The notes: a model not told the origin generated them from the sequence alone. DNA of 64,000 nucleotides from Escherichia coli (GCF_030013205.1 NZ_CP122648.1); one strand, 5' to 3'; positions 9,581 to 18,661 are shown, counted from the first letter of the stretch. Translations and numbers: made by a program.

Positions 9581-10540
9581 ATGAAAATTTGTATCGACGA
9601 CGGCTCCACCAACATCAAGCTGGCATGGACTGAGAACGGCGAACGCCGCAACGCCATCAGCCCGAACAGCTTCAAGTCGGAATGGTCTGCGCCGTTCGGT
9701 GGCTCGCAGCCTGCGAACTACATGCTTGATGGCGTGCGCTATGGTTTTGATCCGGTCAGCGATCGCTTTGTCCAGACGACCGACACGCAATACCAGTACA
9801 GCGATGTGAATGTCATTGCCATTCATCACGCGCTGGTCAAATCAGGCATCACGCCTCAGGAGGTGGATGTGGTTGTCACCCTGCCACTGAGCGAGTATTT
9901 CGACACAAACGCACAGCCAGACATGGCCAACATCAACCGCAAAAAAGCGAACGTTATGCGCCCGGTGGAGTACCAGAACGGCGAAGCATTCACTATCCGT
10001 AACGTGCGGGTTATGCCTGAATCCATTCCGGCTGGTTTTAAGGCACTGGCTGACATGAGTCCGTTTGAATCCCTGCTGATTGTGGATTTGGGCGGAACCA
10101 CGCTGGATGTGGCAAAGGTTCAGGGGCAACTGGCAGGTATCAGCCAGGTGTTTTGCGATCCACACGTAGGCGTTTCTCTGATGGCTGATGCCGTGCTGTC
10201 GGTGATGGCCACTAACGGTATGCGTACCAGTCACCACATCGCCAATACCATTATTGAGCACCGTCACGATGAAGCCTGGCTACGCCAGCACATTCACAAT
10301 GACGCGCATTACAACAGCCTGATGGCGGTTATTCGTGAAAAGGAGGAAACACTGAAACAACGCGTGATCCGCGCGCTGGCGGGTTTTTCGGGTTACGGGC
10401 GGGTGATGGTTGTAGGTGGAGGAGCGGAGATTGTGGCACCCGCTATCCGCGAAGCCTGCGGAGTTAATGCGACTTTCATCGCGGACGGGGTGCCACAGTT
10501 TGCTCTGGTTAATGGGCTGTACGCAATGGACAAGGAGTAA
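9581..10540 (+). CDS. parM: ParM/StbA-like actin-family segregation ATPase
   Basis: MKICIDDGSTNIKLAW...ISPNSF...YSDVNVIAIHHAL...VMPESIPAG...IVDLGGTTLD...VGGGAEI...ALVNGLYAM tracks plasmid R1 ParM along its whole length (recalled alignment). Confidence 0.8.
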   Translation: MKICIDDGSTNIKLAWTENGERRNAISPNSFKSEWSAPFGGSQPANYMLDGVRYGFDPVSDRFVQTTDTQYQYSDVNVIAIHHALVKSGITPQEVDVVVTLPLSEYFDTNAQPDMANINRKKANVMRPVEYQNGEAFTIRNVRVMPESIPAGFKALADMSPFESLLIVDLGGTTLDVAKVQGQLAGISQVFCDPHVGVSLMADAVLSVMATNGMRTSHHIANTIIEHRHDEAWLRQHIHNDAHYNSLMAVIREKEETLKQRVIRALAGFSGYGRVMVVGGGAEIVAPAIREACGVNATFIADGVPQFALVNGLYAMDKE

Positions 10541-10544
10541 ATCA

Positions 10545-10859
10545 ATGACGACACCAACCAGACGGATAAGTTTCTATCTGAAGCCCGCCGTCGTCAAGAG
10601 CGAACGGGAGGCGTGCAGTTACCTCGACAGCCTGCCAGCCTCCGAACGCAGCCGCGCACAACGCGCGGCTTTTCTGGCCGGACTGGCTCTTATAAAACGC
10701 ATCCCCGCGTTGGCGTATTCGCTGGCAGAATGGTCAGAAGACGAAATAAGGATGCCACCGCTACCAGTACAGCCTGAAAAACCGGCGAAACCAGCAGCAG
10801 ACAGCGCCCCCCATATGCAGCAGGTGAAGAAGAATATTCAGGCGTTTTTTCCGAAGTGA
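10545..10859 (+). CDS. parR: ParR-like centromere-binding adaptor (putative)
   Basis: RRISFYLKPAVVKSEREACSYLDSLPASERSRAQRAAFLAGLALIKR resembles the R1 ParR N-terminal DNA-binding region; immediately downstream of parM. Confidence 0.6.
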   Translation: MTTPTRRISFYLKPAVVKSEREACSYLDSLPASERSRAQRAAFLAGLALIKRIPALAYSLAEWSEDEIRMPPLPVQPEKPAKPAADSAPHMQQVKKNIQAFFPK

Positions 10860-10873
10860 AAACAGGAGTAACT

Positions 10874-11161
10874 ATGTCCACCATTACCAAAGAATGGTTA
10901 CAACGTAAAATCACAGAGTTTAAATCGTGGCGCGAAGACATCCCGTTCGGTCTTGATGAAGACGATCACAATATGTTAATCGCACTGGAAATCGCACTTG
11001 CATCACTGGAAGCAGAGCCAGTGGCATGGATGCACGCAAATAATCCTATTGGAATACCGGCGATAACAAGAAGTAAAGATGTTGCAGACAGCTGGCGCTC
11101 TAAGGGATGGAATGTATTGCCTCTTTATTCACTGACCCGCTCCATCAATTTATGCCATTAA
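10874..11161 (+). CDS. Hypothetical protein (AT-rich moron gene)
   Basis: ATG at 10874 with an AGGAG RBS; 95 aa; lower GC than flanking phage genes. Confidence 0.4.
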   Translation: MSTITKEWLQRKITEFKSWREDIPFGLDEDDHNMLIALEIALASLEAEPVAWMHANNPIGIPAITRSKDVADSWRSKGWNVLPLYSLTRSINLCH

Positions 11162-11172
11162 TGGAAGTAATC

Positions 11173-11532
11173 ATGATGAAAGATAATTCCGGAAGCCAGC
11201 GTGCATCAGTTGCAGTTATGGTAATGATTAAATTTGTGAAACAGTACACCGGAAAGCCAATCTCGCTCCGGCAATTAAGCAAAGAAACCGTTTCACTGTC
11301 ATATCTGGAGCAAATATTCAGATATTTACGGGAAAGTAGCCTGGTAAAAGCCACACGCGGCCCGGGTGGTGGATATATCCCAACAAAAGAAAATTACAGT
11401 GTTGGTGATATTGTCCGGGCAATGAAATGTTCCGGATTATATACACAGCACGTTATTCTGGCTGCACTGGATAATATTTCTTTAACCAGCCTGCAGGAAG
11501 ACACAAATTATCAGTTGTCTGCCATTGAATAA
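11173..11532 (+). CDS. Rrf2-family (IscR/NsrR-like) transcriptional regulator
   Basis: ...SLSYLEQIFRYLRESSLVKATRGPGGGY... is the Rrf2 HTH signature; AT-rich; start uncertain (11161 or 11173). Confidence 0.6.
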   Translation: MMKDNSGSQRASVAVMVMIKFVKQYTGKPISLRQLSKETVSLSYLEQIFRYLRESSLVKATRGPGGGYIPTKENYSVGDIVRAMKCSGLYTQHVILAALDNISLTSLQEDTNYQLSAIE

Positions 11533-11535
11533 GAA

Positions 11536-11580
11536 AACCCGGAACGGGTGCGCAAATTCTTTGTGCGCCCGTTCCGGGTT
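11536..11580. terminator. Strong bidirectional hairpin terminator (21-bp stem)
   Basis: aacccggaacgggtgcgcaaa-ttc-tttgtgcgcccgttccgggtt between the convergent Rrf2 gene and the zinc-finger gene. Confidence 0.6.
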
Positions 11581-11600
11581 GGACAAGCGAAGCGCGTCAG

Positions 11601-11858
11601 CTATCCGGCCTGCAACAACTCCAGAGCCATTTGTTTTTCTTCCGGACGCATCCGCTCAATCAACAGCTTTAACACACCATTCTCCAGCCCGCTGGGCACC
11701 AGTGTGTGCGAGTAGGTCAGATTCATCACCCAGGTATGTCCGCACTCGAGACGGGTGCAACGGTAATACACATCAGCAAACTGATCGGTTTTCCAGGCTG
11801 TTTTCTCAATCACTGCATGTGCACCGCAGCAATGACATCGCGCTTTCTGTCTGCGCAT
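11601..11858 (-). CDS. Ogr/Delta-family zinc-finger late transcription activator (putative)
   Basis: C-x-CC ... C-x4-C spacing (RCHCCG...YYRCTRLECGHTW) parallels P2 Ogr; start at the Met with a GGGAGGTGG RBS. Confidence 0.5.
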   Translation of the reverse strand: MRRQKARCHCCGAHAVIEKTAWKTDQFADVYYRCTRLECGHTWVMNLTYSHTLVPSGLENGVLKLLIERMRPEEKQMALELLQAG

Positions 11859-11923
11859 TTTCCACCTCCCGGAACAGCGTTTTACTGCCACCGATTTTAC
11901 CCGCTCTTTCCCCATACCGCACA

Positions 11924-12958
11924 TCACTCCGTGGATTCGTTAAATTCAAGAATAAATTCCACCTGCCCCAGCCGTCTGATATCCGGATCGCTGTTGATCC
12001 CCTCCATAATCAGACGGCGCATCGGAATAACCTCATCTCTGTAATATGCCTCGCGGGATTTCAGTGGGTCACCAAGCCCGGCCGTATTTGCGGGAATGAT
12101 GCCGGCAAGTCCGGGTGGAAAACGGTGCGCAACGAGCTGATCCTGGGCACTGATGGTTTTTATATTCAGGAACTCATCTTTTGTGCCTGAATCCCCGATA
12201 GGGATCACCTTAACGCCTTCTTTGTCTCCGCCCGGTATATTGATAAACATGGATTTAAAATTGCCCGCCCCTTTTGACGCCTCTATCTTTTTACGGAATT
12301 CCGCCTCGAGCTCGGGATCCATGTCCGGGTCAGTGGAATACAGGATATAACCAAGATGTGCGCCGTTCTTGTAATACTTGCGGCGAAAGCGGGTGGCATC
12401 CACATTCAGCATGGCGGATTCCATCCCGTGAATATAATCCGGGACACCGTAAACCTGCTGTTGCGGGTCATAAATGGCCACGAACACCACTTCGCCTGGC
12501 GGGTAAACGAGATCTTCCAGTGCTGCCTGCACAATCACCGTGCCACCCTCGTTGTTACGCCGCAGGTACAGAGAAGGTAACGTATGCAGGCGCACCACGC
12601 GACCGAAGCCATTGCGCACTTTAAGCAACCCCATATCCCCGAATATCAGCAGATTGGTTACTGCTGCCGCCATGGCGGCGTGTGTCATACCACCACCACC
12701 CCGAAAACCCTGCATGATCATATTGACGCGCGCACGCAATACCGCGCCGTGATACGGTGCGATATTGGACAACATGGCGAGATCCATGCGCTCAATTGGC
12801 GGCGTGTACCAGCCGTTATAGCCATCCCAGAGCGAGCCGTAATAACAGCCCCATGCAGCGACCGGTTCCGGGTCACCAAATTCAATAAACGTCATTTTGC
12901 TGGCTGTTTTTTTTGCCACGCCATCGTGTAACACGGGGTATTTTTTCTTTTTACTCAT
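11924..12958 (-). CDS. Portal (capsid vertex) protein gpQ
   Basis: 344-aa ORF directly downstream of and co-oriented with the terminase ATPase, as for P2 Q. Confidence 0.8.
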   Translation of the reverse strand: MSKKKKYPVLHDGVAKKTASKMTFIEFGDPEPVAAWGCYYGSLWDGYNGWYTPPIERMDLAMLSNIAPYHGAVLRARVNMIMQGFRGGGGMTHAAMAAAVTNLLIFGDMGLLKVRNGFGRVVRLHTLPSLYLRRNNEGGTVIVQAALEDLVYPPGEVVFVAIYDPQQQVYGVPDYIHGMESAMLNVDATRFRRKYYKNGAHLGYILYSTDPDMDPELEAEFRKKIEASKGAGNFKSMFINIPGGDKEGVKVIPIGDSGTKDEFLNIKTISAQDQLVAHRFPPGLAGIIPANTAGLGDPLKSREAYYRDEVIPMRRLIMEGINSDPDIRRLGQVEFILEFNESTE

Positions 12959-14738
12959 CTGACAGGATCCATGTTGATTTGCGCTTGTGCTTATAGTTCA
13001 GGGGTTCATTACTTGCGGCATGAGCTATGGCAAAGAAGATGTCAGCGTGCCCGGTTTCTTCGCTACGTTCGGCGGTGAAAGTGACTTTATTGCCGCTGTT
13101 GGTGGATTCCTGACGAATGGCCAGGAACGATGCCGGAATATCCGTGGCTTCTTCATCCCACTCAATACGGTTGGCGTAAATCAGATCCAGCATCTTCATC
13201 ACCAGGCGGTTTTTGGATTCCACGCTGTAATGAATGGCCACTGTTTCACGGCGGGCAAATCCCTGAACCAGCTCAAAGACACCGTAGCCAAGACCGGTGA
13301 CGTCAATGCCGATAAATGTCATGTTATAGCGCGCCTTAATGCTGCGGATACGCTCTGCCATAAACTGGAATGACATGCTGCGCCAGTGGTGTTTTTCCAG
13401 CACGCGGAATCGTTCTGCCGCAACCAGCGGCGGTGCCAGCACAACAAATGTGGCGTTATCGCCGGAGCGCGCAGGGTCAAAGCCGCCCCACACTTCACGG
13501 TTACCAAATGGCATGGGCTCTTCCGGGTGAAAATCCTCCCACGTACTGACATCAACACCACAACGCACAAGATCATCGAATTTAAAGACGCTCTCTTTGT
13601 CATCCACAAACACACACATAAACAGCATATTGAACGCTGTTTCGTTGTATCGCTCGCGCAGCTCGTTGATGTCAGCAAGGTTAAAGCCGCCGGCAATGGC
13701 ATCTTCCAGCGTAACCACATAGCGCCACTGACCATCCGGACATTCACGCCCACCATCGCGCAGCTCATCAAAGGACGGAAACTCAACCCCTTTTCGTTTC
13801 GGATCGCCTTTGCGCCATTCATCGCCAGACCAGAACGGGTAACCCTGGTGTGTTTTGGATGACGGCGTGGAGAAATAGGTAATGCGCCAGTGTTTATGGG
13901 TGGCCATCCCTGATGCCACTTCATTGAGACGGCGAAAACCGGGGATCCACAGGTATTCATCAATATACAGGTGGCCGCTGTTTGACTGCGCTGTGTTACT
14001 GTTGGTCGCCAGAAAATACAGTTCAGCCAGATTACTTAACTTAACCGGATTGCCTTTAATGGGAATGCCAAACTCTGTTTGTGCAATTTTTACAATATAA
14101 GTACGGAACACTTCGGCCTGACGTTTTGATGCCGATAAAAATATCTGTGTGTCGCCGGTTAATACTGCATCTTCAAATGCCTCAAACGCGAAGTAATACG
14201 TCGCCCCAATCTGGCGGGATTTAAGCAGGTTGCGTACACGGCGGAATTTGTTTTCACGCAGATGCAACTGATAAGCAAACAACTTTTTCGTAAACGGCTC
14301 AAAACTTTCAGCAGTCAGTCCGGAAACGTCATTAGTTTTGCGGGGACGCTCTTTCTTACCTGCACCTTTTTCTCCGCGTTCTTCTTTTCCATAACGGCCA
14401 GGCTGGGGGATGTCCACTCCCATTCGCGCAATCTCAGCCATTCGTTCTGTATGCTTGTTTCTGACCGACATCAGTTTGACGTGATGACCAATCAGGCGAT
14501 CAAGCTCATCGTGTTCTTCCTGGGTCTTATGGTCACGTTCCGCCAGTACAGCGAGACGCCGGGCGATAACATCCTCCACGCCTTCCGTATTGAGCTGCGT
14601 GTACCACTCAAACTTTGTCGCCCAGTAATAAACAATTCGCGGACTGTTCAGTCCGAGTTTCTTTTGTATTTCTTTTGGTGTGTGCCTTTTCAGATAGAGT
14701 GATTTTGCTGCGGCAATCACCTCATCAGAATACGCCAT
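12951..14738 (-). CDS. Terminase large (ATPase) subunit gpP
   Basis: 595-aa ORF; size, position and divergence from the O-N-M-L operon as in P2. Confidence 0.85.
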   Translation of the reverse strand: MAYSDEVIAAAKSLYLKRHTPKEIQKKLGLNSPRIVYYWATKFEWYTQLNTEGVEDVIARRLAVLAERDHKTQEEHDELDRLIGHHVKLMSVRNKHTERMAEIARMGVDIPQPGRYGKEERGEKGAGKKERPRKTNDVSGLTAESFEPFTKKLFAYQLHLRENKFRRVRNLLKSRQIGATYYFAFEAFEDAVLTGDTQIFLSASKRQAEVFRTYIVKIAQTEFGIPIKGNPVKLSNLAELYFLATNSNTAQSNSGHLYIDEYLWIPGFRRLNEVASGMATHKHWRITYFSTPSSKTHQGYPFWSGDEWRKGDPKRKGVEFPSFDELRDGGRECPDGQWRYVVTLEDAIAGGFNLADINELRERYNETAFNMLFMCVFVDDKESVFKFDDLVRCGVDVSTWEDFHPEEPMPFGNREVWGGFDPARSGDNATFVVLAPPLVAAERFRVLEKHHWRSMSFQFMAERIRSIKARYNMTFIGIDVTGLGYGVFELVQGFARRETVAIHYSVESKNRLVMKMLDLIYANRIEWDEEATDIPASFLAIRQESTNSGNKVTFTAERSEETGHADIFFAIAHAASNEPLNYKHKRKSTWILSDE

Positions 14739-14824
14739 AAATAAACCTCACCTGCTGATGCAATTTTAATTTATGCATTTTCAGCAAAGGCTTTTTTAAA
14801 AACGAATATCGCTTTTCGGTATTT

Positions 14825-14848
14825 TTCGGATATATGCGCATATCCGAA
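14825..14848. promoter_or_regulatory. Perfect 9-bp inverted repeat (TTCGGATAT-N6-ATATCCGAA) in the divergent late promoter region between gpP and gpO
   Basis: Read directly in the 194-bp P/O intergenic region; no P2-type TGT-N12-ACA Ogr site seen there. Confidence 0.35.
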
Positions 14849-14932
14849 AGTACCGGAAATTAATCAGATGACGACGTTTTCATTTCTCCGTTAAATAACG
14901 CCAGTTTAATTTTTATCAGCGGATTAATTCAG

Positions 14933-15829
14933 ATGACGAAGCAGAAAACAGACTGGGTTGTGGTTGCCACATCAGGCCCCACCATCGACGGTCGGGAAAT
15001 TGATCCGAAGTGGCTGACGGATGCCGCCGAGGTTTACAACCCGGACGAGCGAGCCGCCATGCTCTGGCCATATCACGCCGATTCCGGATGGCGTGCCTTC
15101 ACCAATAACTACGGCATTGTTGATGCCCTGAAAGTCGAAAAATTTGGTGAAAAGGTGCAGCTTAAAGCACGCCTGATCCCAAATCGCTTCCTGATTGAAG
15201 CCAATAAGGCCGGGCAGAAACTTTTTACCTCCATTGAAGTGCGGGAAAACTATCTGGGCACGGGCAAATTCTTTGTGTCCGGTATCGCCGTGACGGATAC
15301 CCCAGCCAGCATTAACACTACACGCCTGCAGTTTTCCATGGGGGAAGCCATCCATATGGGCAACGCAGAGGCGCTGAATTTTACGCTGCAGCCTGATGAT
15401 GAGCAGGCCAAGCGCAACTTCTTCTCCCGCTTCTTCTCATCTGACAATCACCAACAGGGAATTTACCAAGCCATGAACGAAGAACAGTTCAGCCAGTTAA
15501 TGGGTGCCATTAATAAAACCAGTGAACGCCTGGACGAGCTGGAAAAAAACGTCGCGCAGTTCAGCGCGAAGGATGCCCCGAAAGATACCGGTGATAACAA
15601 GCCGGAAGGCAGCACCGGCGATCAGGGGCAGGACAACGCAGAACAGAACAACAAGGACGACAAAACCTTCACGCTGACCACCGAGCAGGGCGAAAAGCTG
15701 TTCTCCACAGTGAACGCCATCGCGGAGAAGGTTACCAGTATGGAAACCGCATTTGCTGAACTCAGCAAGGACGCCACGAAGCTGCCGGGCAACAATCCGG
15801 CCGGTGGCGAAACTTTTAACCTGGTGTAA
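14933..15829 (+). CDS. Capsid scaffolding protein gpO
   Basis: ...FFVSGIAVTDTPASINTTRLQF... resembles the P2 gpO core; first gene of the O-N-M-L operon. Confidence 0.8.
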   Translation: MTKQKTDWVVVATSGPTIDGREIDPKWLTDAAEVYNPDERAAMLWPYHADSGWRAFTNNYGIVDALKVEKFGEKVQLKARLIPNRFLIEANKAGQKLFTSIEVRENYLGTGKFFVSGIAVTDTPASINTTRLQFSMGEAIHMGNAEALNFTLQPDDEQAKRNFFSRFFSSDNHQQGIYQAMNEEQFSQLMGAINKTSERLDELEKNVAQFSAKDAPKDTGDNKPEGSTGDQGQDNAEQNNKDDKTFTLTTEQGEKLFSTVNAIAEKVTSMETAFAELSKDATKLPGNNPAGGETFNLV

Positions 15830-15843
15830 CCGGAGAGAACACA

Positions 15844-16857
15844 ATGAACATGACACCAGAAGCACAAAAGCTGGTTAATCAGTACATCAGCGAACTGCAA
15901 AAAACATTCAGCGACTGCGGAAAATCAAGCGATCGTTTCTTTTCGCTGACCGAACCACGCAGTATTGCTCTGCGTAAAGCCCTGCTGGAAAGCACGGAGT
16001 TTCTGAGTTTCATCACCTGCATGGACGTTCCGCACCCGCAGGGGCAGGTCGTCACCGTGGGCGAATCCACGCTGCGCACCGGTCGCGTGAAAAGCGGTCG
16101 TTTCGCTAAAGGTTCGGGCATCAAAGGCAACGAATTTAAACTCGTTGAAACTGATTCCTGCTGCGTGATCACCTGGGAACAACTCGCCATCTGGGCGAAT
16201 GCCGGTAGCCCGCAGGAATTTTTCAACCTGATGAACTCCGCCGCCGTCACCAACTTTGCGCTGGATATGCTGCGCATTGGCTTTAACGGTAAAACAGCAG
16301 CGGAAAACTCTGACCCGGAAAGTCACCCGAACGGCGAAGACGTCAACATCGGCTGGCATGAAATCGCCAAAAAGTGGGGAGAACAGCCCGGCAATACCTC
16401 CCGTATTCTGACGGACGCCGTTACCCTGGGCGAAGGCGGTGATTATGTCAGCCTTGATGCCATGGCCTCAGACCTGATCCGCACTTATATCCCGGCGCAA
16501 TATCACAACGATCCTCGCCTTACTGTACTGGTTGGCGCAGACCTTGTGGCTGCTGAAGAACTACGCCTCTACAACAAAGAGGACAAGCCCACCGAAAAAG
16601 TGGCCGCACAGTTGCTGACGAAGAACATCGCAGGCCGCAAGGCCATCATTCCGCCGTTTATGCCGGGTAAGCGTATGGTGGTGACCATGCTGCCAAACCT
16701 GCAGATCCTGACGCTGAAGGGTTCCCGCCGTCGTAAAGCGGAAGATGTGGGCGATCGCAAACAGTTCGAAAACTCATACTGGCGTTACGAGGGGTACGCC
16801 CTGGGCGATCCGGATTTATATGCTGCCGTGGATGAGTCTGCGGTCACCATCGCCTGA
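15844..16857 (+). CDS. Major capsid protein gpN
   Basis: ...LGEGGDYVSLDAMASD... matches the P2 gpN GKGGDYASLDAL region; 337 aa. Confidence 0.85.
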   Translation: MNMTPEAQKLVNQYISELQKTFSDCGKSSDRFFSLTEPRSIALRKALLESTEFLSFITCMDVPHPQGQVVTVGESTLRTGRVKSGRFAKGSGIKGNEFKLVETDSCCVITWEQLAIWANAGSPQEFFNLMNSAAVTNFALDMLRIGFNGKTAAENSDPESHPNGEDVNIGWHEIAKKWGEQPGNTSRILTDAVTLGEGGDYVSLDAMASDLIRTYIPAQYHNDPRLTVLVGADLVAAEELRLYNKEDKPTEKVAAQLLTKNIAGRKAIIPPFMPGKRMVVTMLPNLQILTLKGSRRRKAEDVGDRKQFENSYWRYEGYALGDPDLYAAVDESAVTIA

Positions 16858-16874
16858 TAAACGGAGCGCACGGT

Positions 16875-17585
16875 ATGCCAACGCCAATGCAGCGACAACG
16901 TGCCCGACAGATGGATGAGCGCCGTGCGGCGCTCATGACCAGAACGGACGGGCGCGCCGTCAGCACAGAGAGTCAGCACATTAAGCTGCTGGCACTGGAT
17001 AACGATGTCAGACAACTGCACAACATGGAGCTGCTGTCTGACAAGCTGGAATTCAAACGGAACACGCTGCTGCCCCGCTGGCTGCCACACGCACAGGCTT
17101 ATCTGGAGGGGGAACGCGTCTATCAGAATCCCATTCTGGTGTACTGCATCATCTGGCTGTTCGATACCGGGCAGTTTGAGATGGCGCTGCGGTGGGCTGA
17201 CATTGCCATTGAGCAGGGACAAAAGACGCCGGAGAACTTCAAAAGCGAGCTGCCAACGTTTGTGGCCCATTTCATTCTTGAATGGGCAGAAACCGAAGCT
17301 GAACGCGGGAACAGTATCGCGCCATATTTTCAGCAGGTGTTTGAAAAAATCCGCGACAAATGGCGCGTGAATGAACGCCTTGCTGCCCGCTACTGGCGCT
17401 TTGCAGGCATCCTGCTGCTGCGCGGCGATGACGGCAAGCCACAGGCCAGCGCAATTAACGATCCGGAGAGACTGCAACAGGCCGACCAGTGCCTGGAACG
17501 GGCTGCCTGGCTGCATCCCAAAATTCAGGTGAAAACCCTGCGCCAGCGCATTGCCGCAAGACTGCGCGCGTTGCAGGGCACGTAA
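16875..17585 (+). CDS. Terminase small (endonuclease) subunit gpM
   Basis: Position and recalled similarity to P2 gpM. Confidence 0.75.
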   Translation: MPTPMQRQRARQMDERRAALMTRTDGRAVSTESQHIKLLALDNDVRQLHNMELLSDKLEFKRNTLLPRWLPHAQAYLEGERVYQNPILVYCIIWLFDTGQFEMALRWADIAIEQGQKTPENFKSELPTFVAHFILEWAETEAERGNSIAPYFQQVFEKIRDKWRVNERLAARYWRFAGILLLRGDDGKPQASAINDPERLQQADQCLERAAWLHPKIQVKTLRQRIAARLRALQGT

Positions 17586-17683
17586 ACGACTCCCAACAAC
17601 CGGGCGGGCGCGGTGGAGGTGTGCCGGCAAAAGCCATCAGCACACTGCGGAAACCGGTCAGCCCGCCTTTCCCCGGAGTGAGC

Positions 17684-18178
17684 ATGTTTGACGGGAAAAG
17701 CATTCACTATCAGCAGGCCATTATTCAGAACGATGGATTCTGGCCGGATATTGATGCCGGCGATTTTGAAAAGAGCCGCAGTATCCCCGCCGTCACGTCA
17801 CACGAAACGGTGCTGACGGCTCTGCTTTGCGCAGTAACAGAGATTAACACTGAACTGGCTGCACGCCGTGAATACTGGCAGGAACAGGGCCACACCCGAG
17901 CCGCAGATATTCCGGGTTACACCGTGTTGCAACCAGAGCCACGCAATACGGATGCACAACCTGAACGGATGCAGAACCACATTACAGCACTGTACACCAA
18001 GGCTGTGTATGCACGCGCAAAGGCCGATCTTTTGCCGGAATCTGCCAGCGTGGGGCGGCGCGAGGCGCAGCCATCATCAGAAGCCAGCGAGAGCCGCCGG
18101 TCGTTGCTGGCTGAAGCGGCCATGGCGGTGCGGGCGCTGCTGGGCCGACCGCGTGCATCCATCGCACTGATTGATTAA
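17684..18178 (+). CDS. Head completion/stabilisation protein gpL
   Basis: MFDGKSIHYQQAIIQNDGFWPDIDAGDFEK... resembles P2 gpL (FFFPDIDPKRV...); internal ATG chosen within ORF 17489..18178. Confidence 0.7.
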   Translation: MFDGKSIHYQQAIIQNDGFWPDIDAGDFEKSRSIPAVTSHETVLTALLCAVTEINTELAARREYWQEQGHTRAADIPGYTVLQPEPRNTDAQPERMQNHITALYTKAVYARAKADLLPESASVGRREAQPSSEASESRRSLLAEAAMAVRALLGRPRASIALID

Positions 18179-18187
18179 GGAAATGGT

Positions 18188-18661
18188 ATGACGCAACTCG
18201 CCAGCCTGACGGCATTCATTGAAAACAATCTGCCGGCACGCGCACGCATTCCGTTCACCAGTGACATGGATGACATCACACTCGTTCCGTTTACGAAGTC
18301 GCTGGGGCACGGGCAGTTATGCACGCAGGTCCGAAAATATACGGCTTTTCTGCGATGGGACGCATGGCCCTATCGTCAGCTCAATCCGGATTTGGTGTTT
18401 TCTCTGGTTGAGGCCTGGCTGGCAGACAACGGCGGCGACCTGCGCCAGCGCCTGGCACCGGATGCGCCAGCCGTTGACGTCGAAGTGGATGATGAAAATG
18501 AAGTGGCATGGCTGGAAATCAGTCTGCCGCTGGTTGATCCCATCACCCTGGTTGAGGACGAAAACGGCCCCATCCCCAGAGGCGGGAAACGTTACCAGCT
18601 GGAAAAGCCTGAAATCTGGGTGGCCCAGACGCATCAGCTCCATTGCCAGGTAACGTCATGA
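18188..18661 (+). CDS. Tail completion protein (gpR-like, putative)
   Basis: 157 aa, position between head completion and tail genes. Confidence 0.4.
   Translation: MTQLASLTAFIENNLPARARIPFTSDMDDITLVPFTKSLGHGQLCTQVRKYTAFLRWDAWPYRQLNPDLVFSLVEAWLADNGGDLRQRLAPDAPAVDVEVDDENEVAWLEISLPLVDPITLVEDENGPIPRGGKRYQLEKPEIWVAQTHQLHCQVTS

Noticed and set aside
9581-10859. ParM/ParR as a purely phage-defence system rather than a segrosome
   Set aside because: Similarity to plasmid R1 ParM and ParR is extensive, and upstream repeat elements are present, so a partition-type function is the more economical reading. A secondary role cannot be excluded and is kept as a hypothesis in the findings.
11601-11927. Longer 108-aa version of the zinc-finger ORF starting at 11927
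   Set aside because: The N-terminal extension overlaps the portal gene stop and has no RBS, whereas the internal Met at 11858 has a strong GGGAGGTGG RBS and gives an Ogr-sized product.
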